64,000 bases of DNA from Callorhinchus milii. Taxonomy: Eukaryota. Shown here piece after piece: positions 10,326-24,313 of the stretch (position 1 is its first letter; each line of letters begins with the position of its first letter). The notes under the pieces are model-generated. The model was not told the origin of the DNA. It was given only the letters and a program-made list of their open reading frames with translations, and ran no database searches. Position numbers and translations under genes: made by a program. The stretch spans positions 1,302,001-1,366,000 of the forward strand of contig NW_024704761.1 of the NCBI RefSeq assembly GCF_018977255.1. The letters run 5' to 3'.

Positions 10326-13300
10326 ACCCTTCAAAGGGAAGGGCGCTTCATGTCTGGGTTACCCTTGAAATCTTGTCTCCCGGCTTCAGTTCGGGCCCTG
10401 GGAGAGAGGGGGAGATGGGAGGAGGTGTGTGTGTGTGTGTGTGGGGGGGGGGTGATACTCCCTGTAGGCCCAAGCCGGTGTTCAGTAGGGAAGGGGCAGC
10501 GATCGAAATCAGTCTCCCAAATCGGGGTGTGATTTCCTGCCTTTATCTTACAATTCGGGTTGAAGTTGGGAAGGAAAGGCAGTTTCCTTATTTGCTTCCT
10601 CTCTCCCTATCCTTTTGTTTGTGTGTGTGCTTTGGGGGGGTGGGGGGGGGGGGTGTAGAGGTTTCATAAACTGCATTTTAAAAATTACAGTGGATTTTCT
10701 TTGTATATGAATGTCTGCGATGTGTTATGCTTCTGATGCGCTGTGTCTGGGTCTTGAAATCTGGGTTTGTGTCCTCTTGATAAAAAGATTTGAGAAGGTA
10801 TAACAGCTCTTTTTCCCTCCACCTTCTCTCTCTTTATTTCTTGCTCCCTCCTTATTGCAAAATGATTTGAGGGAAGGAGATAAGGGGTAGTGAATCATGT
10901 TCCAAATCAAAAGCATGTAATCGTCCCGCTATCCCGAGGAAAGGACTGATATGCTCATTCCTTTGTTCAAAAGATTCTTGAAATTTCCAGAGGGAGTAAA
11001 TATACTGTACTCATTAGTTTGAGGGAGAAAGCAAACTGCTTGACATTTTTATTAGACAGCAACATTTACTCACAACATGAAATTATAATGTGACCCTTCC
11101 CTCCCCCCCCCCCCCATTAATACACATTTTCACCAAATGTTATGTGATGAGAAATGCTTGGGTGCACTTAAATACAATTTTTTAAAAAAGCCCTGTATCC
11201 TCAAGCAAGAGCTTCAATTAGATTGGAAGTTTTTTTAAAAAAATATTTCTGTTATGCTGCTTTTATTAATGCCCTGCAACTCGAAGTTTGCAATAGAATC
11301 CGTGATATTTTGGCATTTAGGGGAAAATATTATATAAAATCTTAGGTGGTATTACATTTATTTTAGTACTTTATAAAGTAGGATGCCAATTTTGTCTTTA
11401 CTTATTGTAGTAATTTATAATTTTAGACATAATACTGAGAGTAGAAATAAACCATTAATAGTTCAAGGCCATCAAATGTTTTCGAGTGGTAACAGTTGTT
11501 AACTGGTACAGTAAGCATAAAAAAAAACTCTGGACATATCCTAAAATAGCTTCCAATGTATTATTACTGTTAGATGCCATGCCTATATTTGTGAAAATTA
11601 AACAAAAGTTGGAATGACTGTCGATTGTTGCAGCAGCTGGAGGAAAATAGGTTTTCTTTCAAATGGAGAGCAGCTGGTGAGAGATTGAAATTTGCAATGT
11701 TCTGAATCAGTTTTCTGGTGTACTTGTGTCAAGCGCTCTGGGACGCTACCTTGTGTGAAGGGCATTATATAAATGCAAGTTGTTGGGGTTGGTTTATCTG
11801 AAGATTGCTCAGTCGTGGTCTATTTCCAACTGTGCAACAATAGTTGGTGGTATTAAATCAATTTGCTTTGCCGTAAATTCGTTCTGTGAATCTCTTTGAG
11901 ACATGTCAACGACATGATAAGGCGCTATATCAAATGCAAGGATTATTATAATATTTTTGTTCTGAGCGCTAGGTATGTCTTGTGTAGAAAAGTTTGAAAC
12001 ATTGCTGCTAATTTTAATGTTGACTTTTTTTGTTGCTGACTAAAAATGGTGGTTTTCTTCTTCGGTCTTTGTTTTTTGTAATTTGGTTTGTACTGGCTAC
12101 AAAACTTCTATGGACCATGAAAGCAAACCCATCAAGCTTTTGAAAGGATTGATTAATTTATGTTTTGCCTGTTTGAAAACTAGAAATGGAGTTTTGTCAA
12201 AGGGATTTATTAATGATATGGACAGAGTAAATTTGGGACAACATTTTTTTTATCAGCATTGTTTAGTGCAGCATAATTGCAGCTTTACACTTTTGTTTGT
12301 ACTCGTAATTCTGTTACCAAATCCAAACAAACAGAAAGAAAATATTTGTAAACTGGGAGAGATTCATTTCCTTTGCAGCATGTTTCAACATTGGAAAAGT
12401 TTACAACATTTGCTGTAAGGACTGTTTATACTTTAGTTTTATATGTCAATTTAAAACTTCAAATTTCATGCTTTTAGATTTTATGTAAACAGAATCTGTT
12501 TTGTCATATACAATATACAGCACCTTTTTGAATTTTGTTGGGGCAGTGTCATTTTTTCGTTGATTCTATTTTATACATATGATGATTCTGATCAATAGGA
12601 ATTTCAGATAAAACTACTGTCAGGGCAAAACCTTTTCAGAGCTTGAGGAGGGTGAAGGAAAATAGGATTAAATATCACAATATTTTAGTATAATCTATTG
12701 TATTGCACTTCTTGTTAAATAACTATAATCAAATTAAGTCATAATAATACTAATTTGATTCTGTAGAATGTTTGATTTGCTACATCCTCAAATTAATTAT
12801 TGATTTGAAAGAAAGTTTCCAGCAGCAAAGGATGAAATTGGGCCAGGGAATATTTTTGTGTCAGCTACTTGCTGCTGTTCTAATTAGGGAACTATTTGGG
12901 AGAGCTGAATGGATATCCGTGAATAACATAACCTTTCTAATTTTGACTGGGTATGTTAATTCAGCTCTTCTGTGTTGTCGCATTCAAACTTCAAGCCAGT
13001 TTATCTGTGTTCTCCATCACTCTTAAGTTGACATTATATATAATATATACACTATTTGCAAAACTGAGATGATGGGGAGAAACTTTTTTTTAACAAAACT
13101 GAGACCTTAATTTGTAGCTTTTCATTGTTCCTTTTTTTTTGAAAATGAAGCAATCAATCAAATTTGAGTGCTATTCTACTTAACATCATAAAGATTTTTG
13201 AGCCACAGCAAATCATGTTGCTGCAAGGGTGATTTGTCTCTGGAAAGTATTTTTTCTGTTTGAACAATTTAGAATTAGTTACTGATATTCCTTGTACTCA

Positions 13301-16300
13301 TTCTACCCCCTCCTGTTCGATCATTCTTCCAGTCTCTCTTGAGACAGTGACTCATGCTGGGATAAGGGTCCTGTGCTTGTTGGAAGCCTTCAGGTCCTTT
13401 TCCCAAATTACCATTCTTCACGTCAGTCTGGTCAGTAACTGTAAGCAATCTATGGGAAAACCTGCATACTTTTGTGTTCCCGTTTTCTGTCACAGAGAGC
13501 TGGATAGTATTGCTGACTGAATCTTGTTCCCTTAAGCCCCATACCCCCCCCCCCCTCCCCGGAGAGTCTTCAGGCTAATTATGGTAACTCTTTGGTCCCC
13601 TGGTTATAAGCTAACTGGGCAAAAACAAGGGATCTACTAGGTTGATATACCTTGCTACCACATCATGAATGCTGCATGTGTTTCACTGGAAAAGTATTGG
13701 CTGTTTACGCACTCTCCTTTATATAATGCCATGAAATGGTTTAATTGAATGAAAAGTCCTTTCCTACATTCTGGAACTTAGCACCTTCTTTCACACAACT
13801 TCACACAAAAGTTCTTATCTCTGGGTCAGAAATTTGTGGATTCAAGTTGCATAAAAGTTCATGATTTGGGATATGGACGCACTGCAGTCTTGGATATGCA
13901 GCTCTTTGAGTGGGAGATTAAATCTAGGTCCTGTCTGCTTGTTGGATATTTAAGATCTTGGGTTACTATTGTGATGTCGTGGCTAATGTTCTGTCATTCA
14001 AATTCCATCAAAAACACAATTCATAATTTATCAAACTGCAGTTACAAGAGAGATTGCTGGCGAATTTACCTACCTAACAGTCACTACATTTGTGTAAAGA
14101 ACCTTGAAACGTTCTAACATAACAAGGCACCATATTCATTGCAAGTATTAATTGAAAGTTAGATACCCAGTGTTTCTCAGGTGGAGACTCTGGGACGGAA
14201 GTAGATGCCTCTTTTTATATAAACAAAATTGATTGTTTTAAAACTTCCCTTTCCAAGGTAGGCTTAGGAAACTATTGCATCTGGTATGAGGTCAGTTGGA
14301 ATAACCGTCAAAGAATTTCCAGATTAAATTTCTAAATGAACCAAAGGAATTTTTTTTTTCGGGATAGACATAATGGTTTTAGGATTACAGTTTAGTAGTC
14401 TGCATCTCTGCCTTATTTTTAGAAAGGGTTTGGCAATGGTTGACAAACACTTTCTGGTTATCCGTAGTGGAAGTTAATTAACCTTAGTGCTCATTTTTGC
14501 CTTTAACCATCACATTTAAAATGTGTTAAATTGAACTACCACCAGGCTCCTTTTCCAAACCTAGAGGAAGTAAAGCCATACTGTATTTTCCTATAGTTAG
14601 TTATAAAAGCAAAATGAAGCAGCATTTCTCTGTTGCTGATTCTCATTGGAACACTGTACAATGTGTAACATAAGTGGCTCAAAGTAGTGCCTCAAAGGAA
14701 TTTTATGTTCAGTTATCTTTTGCTTTAAGCTATCTATACCCTAGCTAAGTCTGCTTATTTGGCAGAGCTAACATTACCAAAACCGTGCCTCTTAAATTAC
14801 CTTATCAATTTACTGGTTTGTAGTGGACATATTTTTAGAAATTGGGGAGGGCTTTATCTAAAGGAAGTGATGGATATGCTGTAAGTTCAGTTTGCTACAG
14901 GGAATAGTAAAGTTGAATCCAGTCTTTATAACCAGTTTTCCTTTCCATCATTCTAGTTTTAGTTTCCATCTTCAAAAAAATTACTGCTGTTCTCCATGTT
15001 ATTCTGTGCTGAAAGGAAGACAGAATGTTTGAGTGGTATGTAAACTGAATCTCTGGGGACTCTTTTTTACTGGTGCTGAACTAATTGATAACGTTAGAAT
15101 TCTTGCATTTGATACAGTTTGAAGGACATTTCAAAATTCTTCACAGCATATATTGTAAAGTATAGTGACTATTTTGTAGGTGAATACTATCAAAAATTAA
15201 ATTAAGTGCACATTACAGCTTTGTCATTAAATTGAATTTGCACAAGGTTGAGCCTTAAAAGGTACATACAGACCTGTCAGAATGGTTTCAGTCCACACAG
15301 GCACACCTACAATTCCAGTGCTAAGTGAGTTAAAAGCACTGCCTGTTGTAACCAGTACAATCAACGTGTCTGTGCAGTTGCATTCTGATAAATGCATGAT
15401 TGTTTGCCAAGAAATGTTGTGCTTGAATCAGGATTTGCATAAGCTGCAGATAAAAATAGCCAGTTTGACTTCTTGTATCGCTCCCCATTTGAGTTCAGCA
15501 AATCAATCTTGACTAGTTGGATAAACGCCAATAGTTTTTTTCTTTTCCTTCCCCAACTTCAATGTTTTTCTATTTCCTCTTGCTTGAGTCCTGTGCTAGG
15601 CTTCTCAATTTAAAACAAATCTTAATGGATGCCACTGGGTATCTTTTTGTTAGGGATGTAATTCCATCGCCTCTAGGCATTTTAATAGAAAATAATTTGA
15701 TGGTGTGAGGCACTGCTGCTGTGAAATGATATGCTTTGTCAGGTGGTTTTGTGTGTGGGTGAGGGGAAGAATGAAATTATGAAGGGATATGGATGTCAAT
15801 ATTTCTGTTGCTTCCATCTAACAAAGTTGCAAGTGTTTTACTTGAAATATGTTTTCTGAGATGTGCATGATAAACTCAGATGTTTTTATAGCAGTTCCTA
15901 AAATAGCAAAGGGCCTAGAACTAATCTTTTTCTCAATCTTCATTTTCCTGTTCCATCCTTAACTGTTGATGATTTGGTTGTGGTACTGACCAATAAAAAT
16001 TAGGATTATCATGGACATGGTCCCTTATATATTTGTGACTAGCTGATTTTAACCAAGTTGAAAGTAGTAAGCAGTGCTACAGGTAGCCTCAGGGCCTTAT
16101 GCTGCAATAAAGCCTGTATTGTGAATATTAAATGAGGATAGGACCTGGCTTATCGAGAATGGTATTAGTGGTTTATTATCCTGCTAATGTTGCGAGCGAT
16201 ATTTGTATATGAAACATGGCGACTTCAGTGGTGGAGTTTAATAAATAATAATATCAGAGGAGGCTGGAGGGAGGGGGAATTGAATAAAATGCATTTGGGT

Positions 16301-17344
16301 AAGGAGAAAAAAAAGGTTGGGGGGGAAAAATGATTTTAAATGTACTTTTTTGGTCAGCTTTGGGGATTTTATTATAAAACAGTGAGAAATGATAATCAGT
16401 TGGGAATTCTGAATTGGAAATGTTACTGAGGCTGACCATTGCGAGGAAACTGAATTATCCATATGTCTGGTTTAGAACTATCTCTGCCAGTGATGATAAT
16501 TCAGCTCCACTCCCCAACCGCTATGTTAATAATGGTTGGGAATGGGAAATAGTCATTGTTGGGATCCATGCCAAAGTTATAACTGGCAACCACCAATGTG
16601 AGCACTTCTATGTGATGGATCGGATTTGTGTTTCAGATGACTAAATGGTATGATAGCATTTTCGTGGTGAATCACAGATTAGTTCATTGTGTTCCACCCA
16701 CACTATTGCCTCATTTTAAATGGGTTTATGCTGCTCCTCTACTGTAACATTTTTGTTGCCCTTTTATAAAACACTGTCGTGCTTTTACCATATTAGGTTA
16801 TTGTTATAATTGTGAAGTGTGATGGCTATCTCCAAAGAATACAGCACATAATCAGCAGAGCATTCCATTTTGCTTAAAATAACCAAGACACTTCAAACAT
16901 TTTGAAATGTATTGCTTGTTTTTTTGAAGGCCCTGAGTTCAGAAATATATTTTCAATGCTTTATTGTGGCATTTGTCTTGGGCAATAATGCATTTTAATT
17001 GATTTCTGCCCATTCATATAATTAAAAGAATGAACGGCTCTGGTTGGAACTAGATTATGTTTGAATATTTTTTGGTTTGCAGCTTATTTCAGTGGTCAGA
17101 CATTATCCTGCACGAAAGGTGTTGTTTCAGAATCATCTAGAGACCTTAAATGCGTGACTTTATTTTTTTTCAAACCTAGAGCTCCTAATATCTCAAACAA
17201 TCATATTTAATATCTTGTTCTGGTCTTCAAAACCATCCAAGATCTTGCTCTAATCTTACCTATACAATCTTCTCCAACTCTTTCAACTTTGGTCATTTAT
17301 CCTCACTCTATTTGCTCCACAAGAAGCTTTCAGACACAGAACAA

Positions 17345-17960
17345 ACTACATATAAAGTACAGCTCAGAAACGGGTCATTTGGCCCATCCAGTCTGACTGG
17401 TGTTTGTACTCCACATGAGGGCCCATCCTAGACCCTATCTCGAGTCCCATGTCCCTCAACTTTAAATCTTTCCCTGTCCCTCTTATCTAAGCCTCATTTT
17501 TCATGCCTCAATCATATCCCCTCTCTGACCTCCAAAGAAATGACCCCAGTCTACCAAGCCTTTCCCTGTCATTCAAGGCAAGATTCTGGTGAATTTTCTC
17601 TGCCCTGCCTCCAGCACTTTTATATTTTTCCTATAATGAGAAGCCCAGAACTGCACACAGTATCCCAGCTGTATTAGTATTATTATTATTATAGTATCCC
17701 AGCTGTCACCTGACTAACTTTCCATACAAATTCAATATGACCTCTTTAATCCTTGTAGTCCATTCCCATATTGTGAATCTGCACTACAAGAACCCTCTAA
17801 GAATTGTTCCCTTTAAGTTATAGGTTCTGCTCGTGTTTTTCCTCCGGAAATGGATTACCTCACATGTTTTTTTTCATTGAACTCCATCTGCTCTATTCAG
17901 CCATCCTATCAACCTGCATTTTATTTTAATCCGCCTTGGTATTTACCAATCCCTCTTTAC
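17345..17960 (-). mobile_element. Old CR1 LINE 3' fragment
   Basis: Motifs such as CCCAGAACTGCACACAGTATCCCAGCTG are similar to the clearer CR1 at 21317-21912. Confidence 0.6.
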
Positions 17961-20900
17961 CTTTTGAGATTTCTCCCCTCTACTCCTAGATCAAATCATT
18001 TACAGTTTATATAAGTAAATTGTATAAAAGCTTATCTCTGTGACTATGCTTTTAATCAACATCTTTATCTTGATTTCCTTGTTCTGTGCCACTCCTACCC
18101 GTCAAGCAATTTAAAATGTTCTTTTATGTAAAAGGCACAATATAAATGCTAGTTGTTTTGGTTAAACAAATGGTGAGATCACTGATCAAAATGAGAGGCT
18201 AGCATTCAACCAGTAATTATTTCTAAAGCATTGTGCTATCCAAGTATTTATGTTACAAGAAACATTCTATAACTTTGGTCACCAACTCAAAAGTACCCAG
18301 CGTGATTTTCTGAGTGGATGACATTCTATGAAAAATAACAAAATAAAAATATTTAGTTGTTAAATATGATATACATTATGATACTAAAATTTCCTGGTAA
18401 GCTAACAGGGTGTATATTTTTGATTATGTTTAATTTATTGCAATAAAAAATAACCGCCAATTGATTATTTAATTACACATGTATTCAATCCCATCAAAGA
18501 GTGTTGCGGAGTGTTGCAGAGTGTTGCATATACTGTATTTTATTTGTTGTGCAAGAACACACCATGCCATGTTGCTCCAGGACACTACCCTGTGTAAAGG
18601 GCCCTATATAAATGCAAGTTGTTGTTGGTGGTGGTATAAGGTCCACTATTTGTCTTTTGACAAAGAGGGGAAAGAACTGGGAATCTTAGTAGAACAGCTG
18701 TGCTATTAGCAACACAGAAAGGAGGAAGGAAGTTTGTATGTTGCCTATACTAAAATTAAAATGGGGGAAAACTATGCACAGAGTTTGACAATAGCTTTTT
18801 GAAGTTTGAAGGGTTTTAGCTAAGGCTAAGTTAGCTAGAGACCGACATATTACCATTTTTTAGGTCTGGTGTTTGCAACCATTTTCTTAGAAACATAATG
18901 ATTTTTGCAAATGGTTTAGATGAAGAAGTCTATTGGATTGACTATTTTGTGAGCGAAATGCTGTGGGAGTTACTGTATGACCAAGCGATATTTGCCACCC
19001 GCATTTTAACAACAACAAGATTACATTTGTATAGCGCCTTTCACGTCTGGAGGACTCTTTATGATGCTCTTTAAGCAATGAAGGATATACTAGGATACGA
19101 CCACTCTAGCTGTTTAGTTATAAATTACCATGTTATTCACTATGTAGTATATTTTATATAAATATACTACATAGCCTTTATGAAGGCTATGTCCCTGAGA
19201 AATTATGCCTTCTGCAGCTGGTTGCTTGGTTGTTGAACCACACTGAGCAACTGTCTTTAAACTCTCTGTGCTTTAACCTCAGGCAGTAACTCAAAAAAAT
19301 TAATGAGACTGCACACAGGTGTGCTCCTTATCAAGTTTGTGCAAGCAGAAAGTAGTCCGGCCATTGTAAATGCACTATACAATACATGAAAATCTATCAA
19401 ATGACCATTTGTTTTCCTGTATGGATAGAACTAATTCTTGTCGCTGTGACTAGTTAAAGCCAAATAATCTGATCCACATATGTTGTAATGGGATTCCACC
19501 CAATTGTACAATCATACCCTCAGAAATCCTGTTTCACTTAGGACTCACTAAGTGAAAAATATACAAATTCTTGGTTGAAGAATATTTGATATAATTTATA
19601 CAACTATGTGCAATATTAGGTTTTTGGTTTAACTGGTTACAAGTGACAGATTATGCATTACTGAATGAATTGAACAGCTTCAATCTTGGATCTAGGATCA
19701 CAACTGTTTGGGAGAAACTTGTTGATCGTACAGGTCAATGCAATTCCTCTCTCCCACCCCCCACAGCAATTAAAAAAATTGGGGAAACAGACATTTAATA
19801 GAATTCGGTAATTTAAGCGATGTTGCTCTTTTAAAGGAAAATAATTTGATAAGATACAACATTACCAAATGGTAATGAATATCTGCACTGATTATAGGAG
19901 TGTTACTGTTGCACTGCAGTAATGTGTCTCATTTGCTTTTGAAACTAATTTGCTCCATTTAGGAAAAAAAACACTTCTGTCCATTAAATATTTTATTTTC
20001 TATTGAAAACAAAGCGAGACTGACTGCATATGTGAAGGTCACCCTATTCAGGCAGTGCCTCTTGCTGACTTTATTTCTAGTCAATGCTCAAATCTTCATT
20101 TGTAAGGCTTGACATTGAGTGCCATAAGACAATAATCCAACCTTGATATGATCAACTGAAGGAGAAAGAAATTAATGGTTTGGCTGTGATTCTTGTATAT
20201 TTAGAGCTATCATGATATATGTAGTGGCAACATTTATACAGTTAACATGCTGCAGTTGTGGTGATTAACTAAAGTACAATTCAAAGATTATGCAGAAACC
20301 ATTTTTTAAAATCTGTTTCCCATTTATCATTTTTAATCATTATTTTCCCTTGATGTTTGTTACTAAAGGGAAAAGAGTTTTATCAGTTTACATGGAAGCT
20401 CAGACACTATGAGGGTTAAAGTCAAAGGAATTTCTGATTAGGTTTAAGGTCCATTCCTCAATACTGTATTCTGGTATGACTAATATTAGTTTTTTAGTTC
20501 ATCCCACAGTGTTCCAGCTTTCCTTATTCTGTGTGGTCTTAATGCTGCTGGTTTACTTGGTGGTTTAAGAGTGCATGGGTTTCATTCCATTATAACTACA
20601 ATAAGACTGTTTTCTTAAAGTCATTGTATCTGACCTTTTAAGTGCTTTGTGTTTTCAGTTCTAGTTTTATAAGTATTCCAGTTATAGGAGTGATGGAAGG
20701 AAAACTTGCATTTTATGACATCAAACGTCACAAAGTGCTTCACGGAAAATTACTTAGTGACTCATTTTGTAAGCGAAAGCTGCAGCAAGGTCCCAGAAAC
20801 AGCCATAAGGTGTAACTATTTAATCTGGGGACTTTTGGTCAGGACACTGGGAGAAACTGTTCTCAATGGTGTCGAAATACATTCAATACACTTTACAGTA

Positions 20901-21316
20901 TATCCTGTGAAGTGCCTTGAGATGTCTCGACAAAGTAATAAGAAGCTAATGGTGTCATAGCCCAAATGAACTTTCAATAAAAAAGGAGGCAAGCTCGCTG
21001 TTTTCTAACTCGCTTGTTTTTCCTTAATCCCCATTTCTAGCTCACATCTTAGTCAGAAGCCCTCTGAGTCAGATATTGCAATTTTTTGCCAAACATTGTG
21101 TTTTAAGATGTAACGAAGTTGGAATTTGGTGGTAATTGATTGCTGCAACACTTCTAGATATTTATAAATTCTATAAAATTTCTATGACTGGAGAAATTGT
21201 TCCATATGAACACTAACCACTTATTTTTTTTGTTTCAAAAGTTTAACGAATGCATTGAAATAATTTTTGCATTGATGGGTGTTCACTCCTAAAGATAAGC
21301 TACAGTGAGCTCAACT

Positions 21317-21912
21317 ATAAGAACATAAGAACATAAGAATTAGGAGCAGGAGTAGGCCATTCGGCCCTTCGTGCCTGTGCTCCGCCATTCAATAAGATCA
21401 TGGCTGATCTTCTCACCTAACTCGGATTACCTGCCCTATCCCCATATCCCCTAACCCCTCTATTTTTCAAGAATCTATCAGCCTTGAAAATGTTCAAGGA
21501 CTGAGCATCTACAGCCTTGTGGGGTAGTGAATTCCAGAAGTTCACTACCCTCTGAGTGAAGAAATGTTTCCTCAACTCTGTTCTAAAAGGCTGACCCTTA
21601 ATTTTAAGACTGTGACCCCTGATTATAGATTCTCCTACCGGGGAAACAGACCCTCAGTGTCTACTTTATCAGTCCTTTAAGAATCTTATAAGTTTCTATA
21701 AGATCCCCCCTAATTCTTCTGTACTCTAGAGAATAGAGCCCCAGTTTATTCAGCCTATCCTCATAGGTCAGTCCCCTCATCCCGGGAACTAACTGAGTGA
21801 ATCTACGCTGCACCCCCTCTAGGGCAAGTATGTCCTTTTTTAAATAAGGAGACCAAAACTGCACACACTACTCTAGGTGCGGTCTCACCAAAGCCCTATA
21901 CAGTTGCAGCAT
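21317..21912 (-). mobile_element. CR1 LINE, 5'-truncated
   Basis: Encodes [22 protein letters not shown]...[24 protein letters not shown] (CR1 ORF2 C-terminus); 8-bp terminal repeat (ATAAGAAC)n. Confidence 0.93.
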
Positions 21913-23220
21913 CTCTTACTCAATCCGAGAAGGGAGTTTATTAAAGCCCTCATTTGTCTACGAATGCTTCAAAATGTACAAATAAGATTTAAAGCAGAAA
22001 ACAGTTGTTTTTGTAATGACTATTCTTATACTTGCTGTATATTGATGGTATCGTTTTAGCTTTAATGAATCGTGCCTCCTCTCCCAAAAGTGCTTTATTC
22101 CAGTGAGTGTGCTAACTGTTTGTTTGCTGACTTTTGGCTTTTATATTCTCAAGCTTTTCAAAATACTTAAACCCTCTTGGTATATATATACACACACTAG
22201 TATATATAAGTGGTGTACGTCCACTCCAAGCTCCTTGTAATTGAGTTCCTTGGAGCTGATTTTGCGGCCTGTTTTATTAAGAGGTCTGTGAAGCAGTGAA
22301 TATCTGTCGTAATCTTGCAAAAAAAAAGGACCTGAGAAAGATCCAGATCCAGCCTTGCTTCAAAATCATGTGGTGTTTTTCTAAACGATGGTTGTGTTAA
22401 GTAATGAGGGAGAAGAAAGATTATAAAGTAACCCTTTAATATATAATTTCTTATCTGACTTCCTGTTTACTTAAAACAGCCTTTTAGTTTGAAGTGCAAA
22501 TACAATTAGATAAAATATAATAGTGCATATTTTCTCAGTTTAGCTATTATAGATACTAATATGGTTGTTGATGTATTCCTGAACTCTCTTGCTTCCATTA
22601 GCTTCTTAACTGATGGTAATGTACAAGATTCCATAAATGGTTTGGCAGTTTTTAAAAAAATGATTTTTCAACATTTTATTTGTTCCAGCCAAGTGGGCCT
22701 ATACCCTGGACATCTGAGGTACTAGAAATTCATATTGTGCAAAATAAAATTTAGTGGATTTGGATTCGTTTTTTACACAGTCTACTAAATAGTACAACCT
22801 ATAATCCACATCCTAAAGTAATTGGAAAAAATTGTCTGAGTTGGGCCCGCTGGTTGTTTCTTTCTCCTCTTTCCTTCCCCCTCCTTCCCCCAAAAAAGAC
22901 AAATCCACAAAATTTGATTTGCTCGTCAAATAATTTTTCATAATTATGATGGTATGCTTATGATGTGCTCTTTAGGTAAAGTGCAATTAATGTTAAATGC
23001 TAGCGGTATGTACTTATGTTTGGACTATTCTCAATCACAAGATTATAAATTTCAATAGAGTGTTCATCACAGATTGTAACTTTGGAGAAGGAATTAAGTT
23101 TAAAGATCTGATGTTCTTTCATTCCAGTTTTAAAGATAAACATAGAACTCAATCTACTAGAGCAGTGATGACAGATTTATTTCCTATGTATCCATTAAGT
23201 TAAAGGTGACACAACCAGTT

Positions 23221-23490
23221 GTCAGTCAGTCTAGTTCAGTTGGTAACACTCTTGCCTCTAAGTCAAAAGTTGTGGGTTCAAACCGCATGTCAGGAATTTG
23301 AGCGCGCAGTCTAGGTTGACACTCCTGTGCAATGCTGGGGTGCCCTGCATTGTTGGAGGTGCTGTCTTTTAGATGAAACATTAAAAAATAAGATGTCTTG
23401 CCCCCCCCCACCCATTTAGGTGGATGTTAACGATCACATGGCCCTATTGAGAAGAGAAATAAGTTTTACCCGGTGTCTTGGCGAAGAATC
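23221..23490 (+). mobile_element. Older tRNA-derived SINE
   Basis: A box TAGTTCAGTTGG and B box GGTTCAAACC; body shared with copies at 34228, 49331 and 56908. Confidence 0.75.
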
Positions 23491-24235
23491 CCCATAGGAT
23501 CTGAAAGAGCAGTTGAGTTTTGATTGTGTTAATCTTGGCAGGTCATCAAATTACAATAATGTATTTTTGAATAAGTCAGCTCTCCCTTAGCCTGGTAGCT
23601 CTGGGCCACAAAAACAAGATTGCTGGTTTAATTGTTGAACTTCGGTAATGTTGGCTGATCTTGGTAGGGCTATAGTTAATCTTGGAGCTCCTGGGCGAGC
23701 GAGGAGAAGGTCAACTAAGATTCCATCTTGTGATTGCTATTCAGTGTCTCTTGAAAGTTCCTGTGTATGGTTGTTGTGTGAGGTCAAGATTGAGCTTGGC
23801 CATCATTTGAAGAATGGCTACTTGAACTGGATATTGGGATATTGGTTGAACTGCCAGCATGAGTCACCGCTTTCAGAAGAGGAGAGACATCCCCCCCCCC
23901 TCCCCCCCCCGAAAAAGCGATGACCTGCCACTGCAGTTCAGGTCTCGGTGGCTGCCAGCAGCCTTGCGTATTTTGGATATCTTGTTTAACATCGCTGAAC
24001 ATCATGTGTCAAGTTGCAGTGGCCTATGTTGGACATTACAGTGGAACTTAAACCTGGCCAGAGAACATCCTGTTTTGTGCCTTCACAGGCTTTTGACTTC
24101 AGAAGTGTTTACTTTAATGGTCAATCTCTTTGGAAGTTTGTAACTGGCTGAAAAAGTGTATTATAACTTTTTTTTAAGATTGAATTTTTTTTTGGTTGGT
24201 TAGAATTCTAATTATTTGTTTTTTGTTAATTGCAG

Positions 24236-24313
24236 GCTAAACCCATCTATGGAGGCTGGCTATGTTTGGCACCTGAAGGCACAGATTTTGAAAATCCAAT
24301 GCAGAGATCAAGA
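24236..24313 (+). CDS. MPRIP-like: MPRIP-family gene exon 2 (AKPIYGGWLCLAPEGTDFENPMQRSR), start of PH domain 1
   Basis: Acceptor ttgttaattgcag|, donor AGA|GTAAGT; 78 nt, phase 0-0; matches the MPRIP-family motif AKPIYGGWL. Confidence 0.95.

Noticed and set aside
7703-10669. Cluster of long ORFs, including the 418-aa and 262-aa ones
   Set aside because: Stop-poor minisatellite and CpG-island sequence; the real frame is 9696-9821 only.
23570-23860. Ancient SINE-like relic (similar traces near 16020 and 41340)
   Set aside because: Too degraded to assign a family or boundaries by eye.
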